Made by a program: the position numbers and the translations under genes
The notes under the pieces: generated by a model
Databases searched by the model: none
What the model was told of the DNA's origin: nothing
What the model saw: the letters and a program-made list of their open reading frames with translations, nothing else
Shown: in pieces, positions 22,018 to 32,773 of the stretch
How the letters are laid out: each line of letters starts with the position of its first letter
How positions within the stretch are numbered: the first letter of the stretch is position 1
Assembly (NCBI GenBank): GCA_963703935.1
Contig: CAVPGA010000009.1
Location: 179,528 to 243,527, forward strand
Length of the DNA: 64,000 bases
DNA from: an uncultured Bacteroidales bacterium
Lineage (GTDB): Bacteria > Bacteroidota > Bacteroidia > Bacteroidales > VadinHA17
Reading direction: 5' to 3'

Positions 22018-22897
22018 TTATTTGTCGTTCATTTCAATCGTTACCAGGGGAATTCTCGGATCCATTCCCTTCCATGTGCCATAAATCCACTTATGATCGG
22101 GATCGTCGGTGCTGGCCAGGCTCTGGTCGCTGCCGGCCAGATAATTAAGATAATAGACATTGTAGCCATGACCTGCTATCACCGGGTGGTAACCTTCCGG
22201 AATCAGGACTACATCGTTATTATGTGCCTCTGCGATCTCATCCAGGCTCCTGTCGTCAGTGTAAACCTTTTGTAAAGCAAACCCCTGAGGTTTGTCAATT
22301 TTATAAAAGTAGATCTCTTCAAGGTCTGCTTCCAGGAGTTTGCCTGTTCCAGGGTCAATTTTCCGGCTATCATGCTTATGAGCCGGGAAGGAGCTCCAGT
22401 TCCCCGAAGGAGTGTAGACTTCAACACATATCACCCGTTGCAGTGTGATCCGGGGCGGCAGGATCCGGTTAATCTGACGACTGGCGTTATCACCTCCCCT
22501 GTATTCAATTCCCATCCAACAACATCGGAAGGTGTTATGAATGTCGCCGGTGTATATTGTTCGAGCTTTGCACCAACCGCAGGCAATGTCTATCAATTCG
22601 CGCGGCAGAAATTTCAAATTTGGTATTTTGCGGAAGGTATAATGCATGAGGCAGACCACTGGAAAACATTTTTTCTTCCGTTCGATGTTTTCCAGTTCTG
22701 ATGAATTGGCAGAAAAATTTCCCCTAGTAAAACAAAAAGATATTCATTCTTTCCCGTATCACCCATCCTATTTTACCGGGTTGATTATTCGGGCGTTGAA
22801 GTTGAGATGGTCCCAACCGGCTTCCCCGGTGGGTTGGTAGATCTTCTTTTCCGGAGTTGATTCTGGATAGGAGAGGGCATTTTTTATCTTTGTTCAT
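22018..22897 (-). pseudogene. iolB: 5-Deoxy-glucuronate isomerase, frameshifted in the N-terminal third
   Basis: The C-terminal part is intact (EVYTPSGNWSSFPAHKHD...YHPVIAGHGYNVYYLNYLAG). The N-terminus from the ATG at 22897 is readable only by switching frames (…TGEAGWDHLNFNARII…). Confidence 0.7.
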
Positions 22898-22910
22898 GGA
22901 TCATTATTTA

Positions 22911-23821
22911 TTATAATATGCATTTGCACTTACCGGCACAAATAATTCCAGTGCATCCATGTATTCTTTACCAGGAACTACCAAGTCAAACTTTTCGGGT
23001 GGATCCCGGAAAAATTCCCGGTGTATCCTTGTCCATATCATTCTCATGTCAGTGGCAATATTTATTTTGCAGACACCGTATTTTATAGCGGTAAAAGTTC
23101 CTTATCATCCAGTCCTTTTGCATCTTTTTAATTTTACCTCCGGCCTCGTTAATCCGGTTAACCTCATCAACTGGTACAGCAGATGCGCCATGTAGAACAA
23201 GCGGAAACCCCGGGAGTTACTTCTGAATCTCAGCGAGAATTGTAAGCTGTAGCCTTTTGCCTCCGGAAAATTTATATGCGACCGTGACTTGTTCCTACAG
23301 CCACTGCAAGACTATCGCATCCGGTAGCTTTTTATAAATTCATCCGCCTGTTAGGATCGGTATAATGCGGCGTTCTTTCTCTTCCACCGACCGATTGTCT
23401 TCAACTCCGCTCATACAACCTAATTCAGCTTCTACCGCAATTCCTTGGCATGGGCCTTTTTGCAATCTCACTTGTGATGCGGATATTTTCATCAAATGTT
23501 TATGTGATGCATCAATCATTACTGAACGTTATAATCCTGATTCTATTGCGTTCATGCAATGATCATAATGTACCGTGGTCGAGATGCACCGTAAAAGTGA
23601 CTTCGGGATAAATTTTTTCAGCGGCTGCAATTCAAATTTTCGAGCATATCGGGGTGAAGATAATTACGCGCCACCGGAGTAAGCTGAATTATCACAGGGG
23701 CATTTTACTTTTCAGGCTCCCCTGAAAACACCATGGATCTGTTCTCCATTGAACACATTAAATGCTCCGATACCAAATTTACCGTAGGCCTGAAATATAA
23801 TTTCCGGATAGGGACTCTCAT
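22911..23821 (-). pseudogene. Class II fructose-bisphosphate-type aldolase (IolJ-like), heavily frameshifted
   Basis: The fragments AYGKFGIGAFNVFN, TFTVHLDHG, LAVAVGTSHG and LVLHGASAVP-like segments appear across three frames. No ORF longer than 80 aa remains. Confidence 0.6.
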
Positions 23822-23877
23822 TTTTATATTTGAATCTATATTTACCAACACATTTATGAAAATAATTTCTAACGCTA

Positions 23878-25694
23878 TTATTGATTTACCAGAAGAAATA
23901 ATATAAGTGCTGCAAATATTCCGCAAATACCTATCGCAGCGATATTAAATGTCATTGAGGTTTTGAATAGCCCTTTTTCTATTAAAATAGCATTGATATC
24001 CATTTTCTTTAGCATGTTATTCAGGATCATGATAAGACCAATCAAAATGAAGCCTGCTACCGGAACATAGATAGCACTCCAGGGCAAAATTTTTTAGAGG
24101 AATCACGAAAAATGAAGCTAATGATCCCTATAAGTAATGCGATTGAAACCATCTTTATCCCGGTGTTTGCAGTTTTCCTGTCTCATTTATAATCGGTCAT
24201 AATTGTTGTTTCTGAATTATGCCTTATCAGCAGACTTATTCCGATCATTACAAAAGCCAAAATTATAAATACATAACCAATCCGGAGGATAAAAGGCATT
24301 CCCGGATTTAATAATTTGAAAGAAATTCCCAATGGAATTGTAAGCAAAGCTGTCCATAATGCTGCTTTTGATGTAGCCTGCTGCCAGAATAAGTCCGCAG
24401 AAGAATATCAGAAATTCTCCCGGATAAATAAATCCTGTATATTCCTGGATATACTGGTATGCCTGATCGAGGGATCGTAACTGTGGCGCATACATGTTGA
24501 GATGACGAGGGCGGTGAAGGCTACTATCATACCGGTTCTGACCATCTGTTTTTCGGTAGCTTTTTTATTGAGAAAACCTTTATAAATATCAATAGTAAAA
24601 ATCGTTGATACACTATTGACTATTGAGCTGAGTGCAGAACTGCAGCAGCAACAATTGCAGCAAATGAGAGTCCTCTGATTCCGATAGGTACAATATTGCT
24701 TATAAGCCATGGATATGCCTCGTCTGATTTTCCAGTTTAACTCCCAGGGCATATACTGCGATTCCGGGTATAACAACCAGAAGGGGAACCAGGAGTTTTA
24801 GGTAGCCTGTGAAGGCTACCCCAAGTTGGGCTTCTTTTAAACTTTTACCTGCTAGTCCTCGCTGGATAATAAACTGGTTGAATCCCCAGAAACTAAGATT
24901 AGTCAGCCACATTGATCCCAATATTACTCCTAGCCCGGCAGATCGGAAAATGCATCTTTTTTACCGCCGGTTCCATTTGGAATCAAGAGAATCCCTTTTT
25001 CAATGACCATATGGAATTTCTCCGGAGCTTTATGTACAAGTTCGGCAAAACCGGCAAGGATTCCATTTCCACCACTAGTGCATTGAGTGCAAAAGAGGTG
25101 GTAACGAACCACCGAAAATTAATACAGCTACATTAATGACATCAGTCCATGCAACGGCCTTCATGCCGCCCCAGAGAGAGTATATTGCTGAAAAGAAAGA
25201 AAATCCGATAATTCCATAAATCAGAGGAATCCCTATTATCCGTTCCATCGCCAGCGCTCCCAGATAGATGACAGCAGTCATATTTACGAAAATATAGACC
25301 AGTATCCAGAATACTGCAAAACAGGTGCTCACTCGTTTATCATACCGTTGCGAAAGGAACTGAGGCATTGTAAAGATCCCCTTTTTAATGAAGACCGGAA
25401 GAAAATACTTGGCAACAAAAATCAGGACAATGGCAGCAATCCATTCGTAAGCAGCTATTGCCAGTCCAATTGCATATCCGGAACCGGACATGGCAATGAA
25501 ATGTTCTGCGGAAATATTGGCAGCCAGAAGTGTTGAGCCAATTGCCCACCAGGGAAGTGAACGGCCCGCCAGAAAATAGTCCTGGGAAGTTCTTTGCTCC
25601 CCTTTTTTTTTCGCGAGACCCATAATCCGACAAAAACTATGATTGGTGCATATCCTACGAAAACGATCCAGTCGATAGAAGTAAATTCTTTCAT
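23878..25694 (-). pseudogene. Sodium:solute symporter (SSS family, SGLT / myo-inositol-type), heavily frameshifted
   Basis: The N-terminus MKEFTSIDWIVFVGY... shifts inside a lysine (poly-T) run into QDYFLAGRSLPWWAIGSTLLAANISAEHF... Further fragments are FWGFNQFIIQR (24700-24921) and a C-terminal TM segment (23878-24087). Confidence 0.7.
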
Positions 25695-25886
25695 TCAGTA
25701 AGATTTCTAATTATTTTATCTGTTTAAACTTAGTAATGATTTTTCTGCAAATCTATTATTTTTACAGGTTTAACAAAATACATGAACAAATCATACTTAA
25801 TTTTACGAAGCTGATAAAACTTGAAGACGTTGCAGGAGTAGTAAATATTTGTCCTACTGCTTTTTCCAGGAACATCACTCTGAAGC

Positions 25887-28629
25887 TCAACCAATCAACT
25901 CTTTGTGATTGGCAAGGTCATTATCAGGTACAATTACTGCTACCCATTGTTCGTCAATTGACTCTGTTTTTCCATGCCATTCGAGTGTTATTTCCCTCCC
26001 TGATTTTAAATTTATCTGTTTTGAAGATCTTTTAATTGTCAGGTTGCTGGTTCTGATAGCGAAATTGTGACTTCCGTTTCCCTGAATTTTTGCTGTAATA
26101 GTAACCTCACCATTATCTGAATCCACTTTTGAAACCTCAAAGTTAAATGCGTTTTCAGGCCGGAGGTCCGGATTATATGTTCCTTGAGTTTTTCCAAGGA
26201 CGGCAGTCATCCCTTTGATAGCTCCCACAACTCCGATCCACTGGCTTACAGGATGTACCCAGACCTCCTTATAAGTCCAGGTATTTTGAACCGGCCAATA
26301 TGGTACATCACTTTCTGCACGAGTCTGGATACCAACTGGAAGAGCACCTGCAATATCACCTGAGGAGGGTGTATATAAAGGTGGAAAGTCGTATCCTTCT
26401 CCATACATTGTGCTCTGTGAAAATGGATTGCGACCTACTATCCATTCTAACTGGAGGAGGGCAAGTTTCGCCGATTCCGGGTCAGAACGAAGACGGGACG
26501 CGTTACAGAGAGATTGCGCCTGTGGTAAAATAGTCCCGAAATGTCCTCTGTAATCCATCCATACAGGGAAAATGCGAAGGTAATATCCTTTGCCTAAATG
26601 GATTCCGTTTAAAACCTGCAGCCGGAACGACTCCTGCCTGCTTTCCGGTACCTGAAGGTAATCTTTGTCCTGTATATATGGACGAAGGCAGAACCCCATA
26701 GGGTTCAGTATATCTGGCAATTGTTTTCAGGTATTCTGAATGCAATGCCACCGCAGAATACCATTTCATCCATTCGGGACGATCGGGAAACGCCTCACAG
26801 AGTTTAGTGAGTGCAGCGATAATTTCGTTCTCCCTGCCGTTATGACAATAATGAAGGATATTTCTTTTTGCCGGGCCGGTGTAAAAGAAACCGGTTAATG
26901 GCACGTCCATTTTAGTGAGTTTCCGTTGCTGCGATTCAATTAAAATTTTCGACAGTTCTATTGCTTTGCCTGCATAGCGGTTATCTCCCGTGGCATACCA
27001 CAGCTCTACCGAAGCTAATATTCCGGCAGAAGCTGCCTCATGCAAAATGTTACCTGAATCGAATGATACGCTCCAAACTGCATTTGAAGCCGTATCTTCA
27101 TCAAAAACAAGCTTTTCAACAGCGAATTGCCAATCGGCTTTAGCCATTTTAAGTGAATAATTCGCCAGACGCTGATCTCTTTCTTTCAAAACTCTGTACG
27201 CTATAGCCTCAGCAGAGGAAGCTATAAAATTGGATTTAGATGTATTTTTCGCTATTGAGGTAACATCGTCAGAATCGCCTATAATTCCATTCGTTCTTCG
27301 ACTATTTACGGATCCTTCATTGCGAAATCCATCGCCAAAGCTTGTTTTCAGAATCCAGTCGAGACCCCATTGCGCTTCTTCAAGGAGTCGTTCAAAAAGA
27401 CGGGAGTCATCTCCCCTTTTGTGCATCTGTTCTGCAAAGCTGAACATTGCATACACAGCCTCACCTGTGTTGCGGAGCCCCTGTGTAAAATCACCGGCAT
27501 CATGCCACCCGCCATTGATGACCAGGCTTTTATTACCATGAACACAGGTCCAATCGCGATGACAAGTGCCGTGTGCACCGGGAATAGAAGTGCCACATCG
27601 CTCAACATAAAAAAAATTCAATGCCTTCCAGATTGTTTGCTCCCAGATGTCAGGACCGATACGAAAGGGCTGGGTTACTATTTTGCCTGCATCTATAAAG
27701 TATGTGCCACTTTGTTGAATCTCAGAAAAATCAAGGAGCTGAAATGTTCCCAAATGTGATGTAATGGTCTGGATTGGCTTTCTTAGTACTGTTTTGCCAG
27801 ATTCCTTATCAACTATTCTGAATTCAGTGCTTTTCAGATCATTTGCTATAGCACTTTTCGGAGATTCTGATTGGTAACCTGTATGACTAAAAGATATTCT
27901 TCCCTGCCAGACCGGCCATCCCTCAATGTAATCAGGTACTACTTTTTCAAGTTCCAGATCATCAAAATAAAAAACTAAAGTATCGGTAGTTTCAGGCTCA
28001 TTTCCGGACATAACAGAAGATATTTCAAACTTTGATATTTTGTCCCGTGCAACATTACCAATTTCCCAGACTATATGATTCCATTCGTGATTACGTAAGG
28101 TAATAGTATTCTCACCCTCCTGTCCGAAGAGTGCCGGCAACTTTTCCAAACCTTCATTAAAGAGCCTGAGCTCAAGCCAGTTTTGATAAGCCCCGGGATT
28201 ATCAGGATATATCCATAGGGATATTCTGTTGAAATTACTCCAATCCTCGTTTTTGAAAATACACCATATCCCTGCATTCCCCCAGCCCCGACCGCTTTTG
28301 GGACCAGGTCCATCTAATTTTGCAGGGAACTTTACCAGAAGAGAATTACTGCCGGAATGAGGTTTTTCATTGGAGAGTCTCATTTCAGCAACCATGGATT
28401 TTGATTCAGCTATTTTAGTCGTAATCCTTGAATCTACAAGTGAAATAGCTCCAGTCGTAAAAGGTACCCAATGACCTGTGTTTTCCATATCATCCAGAAT
28501 CCTGCTTTCCAGTACTTCCTTATTAAGCCACCTGTACAATGCCGAATTCTGAACATTTACCTGCATTGGCTCCTGTCCTCTCGTTGTTAAACAAACTGCC
28601 AACATTCCAATAATTATTCTTAATGTCAT
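25887..28629 (-). pseudogene. GH9 glycoside hydrolase with N-terminal accessory domains, one frameshift
   Basis: The likely start is at 28629 (MTLRIIIGMLAVCL, signal peptide). It carries the GH9 motif NGGWHDAGD. ORFs 26503-28689 and 25887-26720 overlap and join at ...ARYTEPYGVLPSSIY / IQDKDYLQVPES. The shift is near a TATATA tract at 26670-26695. Confidence 0.7.
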
Positions 28630-28900
28630 TTTGAATGTAGTTTTTAATTCACTGAGATTATCCCGGTCAGAATGAAAGTTACCATCCAATATACTTATTT
28701 AAATTCTATTTTCATGCGTAAAATATAGCAGGATTTAGCGCCATTATTACAGTTTCATAACATCATGCAAATTGATTTATATTTTATAATTTTAATGGAA
28801 CCAATAACCTTACTATTGATGTTACTTTTAAATTTATTATTTTTCCCGGGTACCCGAGTGTAACTTTATTCAGTTAACTGACTCTAATCAATATGCAGTG

Positions 28901-29872
28901 ATGAAAAAAACAACTTTTTTAATTATCCTGATGTTCAGTTTTCCGGTTTTTCAAGTTAGTGCACATCAAAAAGACTCTGATTTCAAGGTTGTTGGATATT
29001 TCTCCCTCAGGTCGGCAATGAATGATTTTGGCAAATTTCCTTTTAAGAGACTGACCCATGTTAATTTGTTTTTCCTTAACCCCGATACTCTTGGAAATTT
29101 CAATCAGGATCTTTCAACCCTTGAACATTTTATTAATAAAGCTCACAAAAATAATGTAAAAGTGTTGTTCTCAATCGCAGGAGGAGGTGATCATCCGTAT
29201 TACCATAAGCTTTTGCTGGATGGTTACAGATCAGGGTTTATTCAGAATTTGATTTCACAGGTTCTCAGGTATAATTTTGACGGAATTGATGTTGATCTTG
29301 AAGGCAGAGACATTGATGAAAATTATGAAGTATTTGTTACGGAGCTGGCACGGGAATTAAGACTTCACCAAAAACTAATTACATCGGCTATTGCGGTTTA
29401 TTATAAAGAAGATCTTCCTGACAATGCCCTGGCACAGTATGATTTTGTCAATATTATGTGTTATGACCGTACCGGGCCATGGAGGCCTGAAGTGCATGGT
29501 CAACATTCCTCTTATAATGATGCTGTGGAAGACCTCAAATACTTTGGAGCGGAAAGAAATATTCCATCGGAAAAAATGGTACTGGGAATACCTTTTTATG
29601 GGTATGGTTTTGGACCGGAAATAACTTCCCCGGTTAAATCCATGAATTATAATAAGATCGTTTCTGAGTTCCCTGGTTCCGAATCTGTCGATCAATGGAA
29701 AATGGATGACGGCAAAATTATTTATTATAATGGTATACCTACCATAAGGCAGAAGACGCAGCTTGCAACAGAAAAAGCCTCCGGTATCATGATCTGGCAG
29801 TTGGGAGGAGATGCCCGCGGCTCAAAGTCATTGCTTAAGGTCATCTATAAAACAGGTTGTGTACAAAAGTGA
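28901..29872 (+). CDS. GH18 glycoside hydrolase (chitinase / endo-beta-N-acetylglucosaminidase-like)
   Basis: It has a signal peptide and an intact catalytic DxxDxDxE motif (FDGIDVDLEG). The track start at 28898 is GTG; the ATG is at 28901. Confidence 0.8.
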   Translation: MKKTTFLIILMFSFPVFQVSAHQKDSDFKVVGYFSLRSAMNDFGKFPFKRLTHVNLFFLNPDTLGNFNQDLSTLEHFINKAHKNNVKVLFSIAGGGDHPYYHKLLLDGYRSGFIQNLISQVLRYNFDGIDVDLEGRDIDENYEVFVTELARELRLHQKLITSAIAVYYKEDLPDNALAQYDFVNIMCYDRTGPWRPEVHGQHSSYNDAVEDLKYFGAERNIPSEKMVLGIPFYGYGFGPEITSPVKSMNYNKIVSEFPGSESVDQWKMDDGKIIYYNGIPTIRQKTQLATEKASGIMIWQLGGDARGSKSLLKVIYKTGCVQK

Positions 29873-30097
29873 TACATCCGTAACCGGTTCAGAAACCATA
29901 CGACTGCATGACCCCACGACTGCAGGACGCGAATCAATACGTCAGACGGGGTTTCGTGAAAAATTTCAAACGCTTTTAAATCGAAACTGAAAATTCAGTA
30001 CTTAAAATCGCCAATTCAAACTCAATTTTAACTGCTTCACTTTTTATTCTTTCTGACGGATCTCATCAGGGATTATCTTTGAGAAAATCAAATTATT

Positions 30098-30793
30098 ATG
30101 AAAACCAGTAAGTTCTTCGGCGCAATTTTTTGGATACTGATAGCAGCAACATTTTTCTCATGCGAACTCAGGGCTCAGGATTTGAAAAATAATCAGGCAC
30201 TAGATGAAACTGTTAAAAAATTTCTGGCCGAACATTCCGGCCAATGGCATGATCTTAATATCTCCGCTCAGGATGGACAGTTACTTTATGATCTGATCAT
30301 AAAGGGGAACTATAAAAGTGCACTTGAGATAGGTACTTCGACGGGTCATTCAGGGATCTGGATAGCATGGGCACTCAGTAAGACAGGTGGCCGGCTGATC
30401 ACTGTCGATATTGATGCAGAAAGGCATAGACAGGCACTTCAGAACTTTAAGGCAGCCGGGCTATCGGAATTTATTGATGCCCGTCTTACAGATGCACATG
30501 AACTTGTCAGACAGCTGAAAGGACCCTTTGATTTTGTTTTCAGTGACGCTGACAAGGACTGGTACAAAAACTATTTTATTGAGATTGATCCCAAACTTAA
30601 GGTGGGAGGATGTTACACTACTCATAATATCTCAGACAGAAGCATGGGTGGATATGGAAGACAGGGAGGCCGGGGAGGAAGTGGAGGATCAGGCGATTAC
30701 CTTGAATACGTAAGGAGTTTACAAAACTATGAAACCACATTGAACCGGGGGACCTTAATAAGTTATAAAAGAGCTGAAAGCCCCCGTAAATAA
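30098..30793 (+). CDS. Class I SAM-dependent O-methyltransferase (family 3-like) with an N-terminal signal/lipoprotein-like peptide
   Basis: 231-aa ORF. It has the SAM-binding region LEIGTSTGHSGIWIA...DID...FSDADK. The N-terminus is MKTSKFFGAIFWILIAATFFSC. There is a Gly/Arg-rich insert, GGYGRQGGRGGSGGSG. Confidence 0.75.
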   Translation: MKTSKFFGAIFWILIAATFFSCELRAQDLKNNQALDETVKKFLAEHSGQWHDLNISAQDGQLLYDLIIKGNYKSALEIGTSTGHSGIWIAWALSKTGGRLITVDIDAERHRQALQNFKAAGLSEFIDARLTDAHELVRQLKGPFDFVFSDADKDWYKNYFIEIDPKLKVGGCYTTHNISDRSMGGYGRQGGRGGSGGSGDYLEYVRSLQNYETTLNRGTLISYKRAESPRK

Positions 30794-30841
30794 ACTGACA
30801 TTTAATAATTTAAACGACAGGAATATTTATTTTTGAATTTA

Positions 30842-31897
30842 ATGAAGACAAATTCAATAAAACAATATTTCATGATCGCGTTGCTCCTTTCACTTGCAAT
30901 CGCGATAACAATTCATTTTCCGATTGTATTAGAATACTTTTTTCGGGATGAAGGGAGGGACAGGCATAGATTCCTGATGAGCTTTACCCACCTGGGAGGA
31001 CATCTTATAATAACATATATTGTTGCACTCCTTATGTTTACCCTGAACTTCTTCATTTTAAATCCGGTAGATACACATGGGAGACTCAAATTGTTGAATG
31101 TTTTTCTTGCAATCATACTGACTGTTGTTTCAGTTTATATACTTAATGACCTGTTATTTTCATTGCTGGACATGATTGACGCTGAATCACGTCCGCGCGG
31201 GAGAGGACGCAGAGATGAATTTGATTATACCAATTTTTTTGTTTCAGGTCTGGTTATCGGCTGTGTATTGATCATCAGGCTGATCTTTCAGAAACAGACC
31301 ATCTCAATTGAGAATGAGACATTAAAAAGGGAAGCTTTAGAACGCCAGTTTGAGTCTTTAAAAAACCAGTTAAGCCCTCATTTCCTGTTCAATTCACTAA
31401 CAGCCCTTAAAATGCTTATCAGGGACGAACCCGATACGGCTCAGAATTATGTTAACAGTCTTTCCAGAGCACTTCGATATACCCTGAAGAGTAATGAAAA
31501 ACAACTTGTTACTTTAAAGGAGGAGATGGAGTTTATGGAATCTTATTTATTTCTGATCAGGATGAGGTTTGGTGAAAATCTCTTCATAAACACAAGTATA
31601 AATGAGTATTATTTATCATTCAATTTGCCACCTCTTACAATTCAGACTCTTGTTGAAAATGCAATCAAACATAATGAGATAAGCAAACGGCACCCTCTCA
31701 GGATCGATATTCTGTCTACTGAGAATGAAAGCCTTATTATTAAAAATGATATTCAGAAGAAGATCACAGAAGAAGATGGTACGGGGATTGGATTGATAAA
31801 CCTGTCAAAACAATTTCAATTGCTTGTTAATAAGGAAATTACTATTCGCAGTGAAAATAACCGGTTCAGTGTGGAAGTCCCTTTAATTAGACCATGA
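30842..31897 (+). CDS. LytS/YehU-type sensor histidine kinase (His_kinase PF06580-like)
   Basis: It has four N-terminal TM segments, the QLSPHFLFNSLTAL H-box, and an ATPase region (ENAIKHN...GTGIGLINL). The ATG is at 30842; the track start at 30833 is TTG. Confidence 0.85.
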   Translation: MKTNSIKQYFMIALLLSLAIAITIHFPIVLEYFFRDEGRDRHRFLMSFTHLGGHLIITYIVALLMFTLNFFILNPVDTHGRLKLLNVFLAIILTVVSVYILNDLLFSLLDMIDAESRPRGRGRRDEFDYTNFFVSGLVIGCVLIIRLIFQKQTISIENETLKREALERQFESLKNQLSPHFLFNSLTALKMLIRDEPDTAQNYVNSLSRALRYTLKSNEKQLVTLKEEMEFMESYLFLIRMRFGENLFINTSINEYYLSFNLPPLTIQTLVENAIKHNEISKRHPLRIDILSTENESLIIKNDIQKKITEEDGTGIGLINLSKQFQLLVNKEITIRSENNRFSVEVPLIRP

Positions 31898-31900
31898 TGA

Positions 31901-32656
31901 ATGAAGGCGTTAATAATTGAAGATGAAATTCTGGCATCAAAGCATCTGATGCAGGTTCTTGATGAAGTCGGAGATGTATCTGTTATTGAGGTACTGGAAT
32001 CCATAAGTGAAACAATTGAATGGTTCAGAAAAAACCAGCAGCCTGATATTGTCTTTATGGATATTCACCTGGCTGATGGATCTGCATTTGAGATATTTAA
32101 ACATATAAATATCAGTTGCCCGATCGTGTTTACAACTGCTTATGATGAATATGCCCTGAAGGCGTTTAAAGTCAATAGCATTGATTATCTCCTGAAACCA
32201 ATTGAAGCAAGTGAGGTACAGAATGCATTAAAAAAGTTAAAGGAGCTTTCAGTTTCAGAAAGCTCTAAAACGGCATTAAATAACCTGATTAGTTCCTACG
32301 GTCGGACTTCAAAATACAAAAAGCACTTTCTGATCCCTTCTAAAGGAGACAAACTGATTCCGGTGCAAACAAGTGACCTGGCATGTTTTTATATTGATGC
32401 CGGGATTGTCAAAGCATTTTCAATTGATGGCAAAACTTACAAGTTTGATTATACACTTGATGAACTTGCTGAAATGCTCGATCCTGAATTATTTTTCCGT
32501 GCAAATCGCCAATATATAATTTCGAGGACTTCGATAAAGGATATCGATATCTGGTTCAACAGTCGTTTATCTGTGAATTTAAGAATAGATGTTCCGGAAA
32601 AAATTCTTATTAGTAAAGCCAGAATAACTGAATTCAAAAAATGGTTCGGGGAATAA
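31901..32656 (+). CDS. LytTR-family response regulator
   Basis: 251-aa ORF with a receiver domain (ALIIEDE...DIVFMDIHLADG) and a C-terminal LytTR DNA-binding domain. It starts 3 nt after the kinase gene. Confidence 0.9.
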   Translation: MKALIIEDEILASKHLMQVLDEVGDVSVIEVLESISETIEWFRKNQQPDIVFMDIHLADGSAFEIFKHINISCPIVFTTAYDEYALKAFKVNSIDYLLKPIEASEVQNALKKLKELSVSESSKTALNNLISSYGRTSKYKKHFLIPSKGDKLIPVQTSDLACFYIDAGIVKAFSIDGKTYKFDYTLDELAEMLDPELFFRANRQYIISRTSIKDIDIWFNSRLSVNLRIDVPEKILISKARITEFKKWFGE

Positions 32657-32773
32657 GAGATTTCACCTCTTAACCGGGATGGTTCAGCTTCAATTTTTTC
32701 AGCTTCAATATGTTTTTTTATTAACGGGCAGTCTATTACCAATAGATTTGGTCCGGAATATATCAAATCTTAT

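Noticed and set aside
22018-22659. The N-terminal ~70 aa of the 213-aa ORF (MVCLMHYTFRKIPNLKF...), considered as the true IolB start.
   Set aside because: That stretch is out of frame. The IolB-like N-terminus (…TGEAGWDHLNFNARII…) is found in other frames, starting from the ATG at 22897.
25075-25694. Three mutually overlapping minus-strand ORFs (25075-25623, 25385-25633, 25455-25694), considered as separate genes or a programmed frameshift.
   Set aside because: They are alternative frames of one SSS transporter gene. The join falls in a homopolymer run, like dozens of other breaks in the same 9-kb block. There is no slippery-site or pseudoknot logic.
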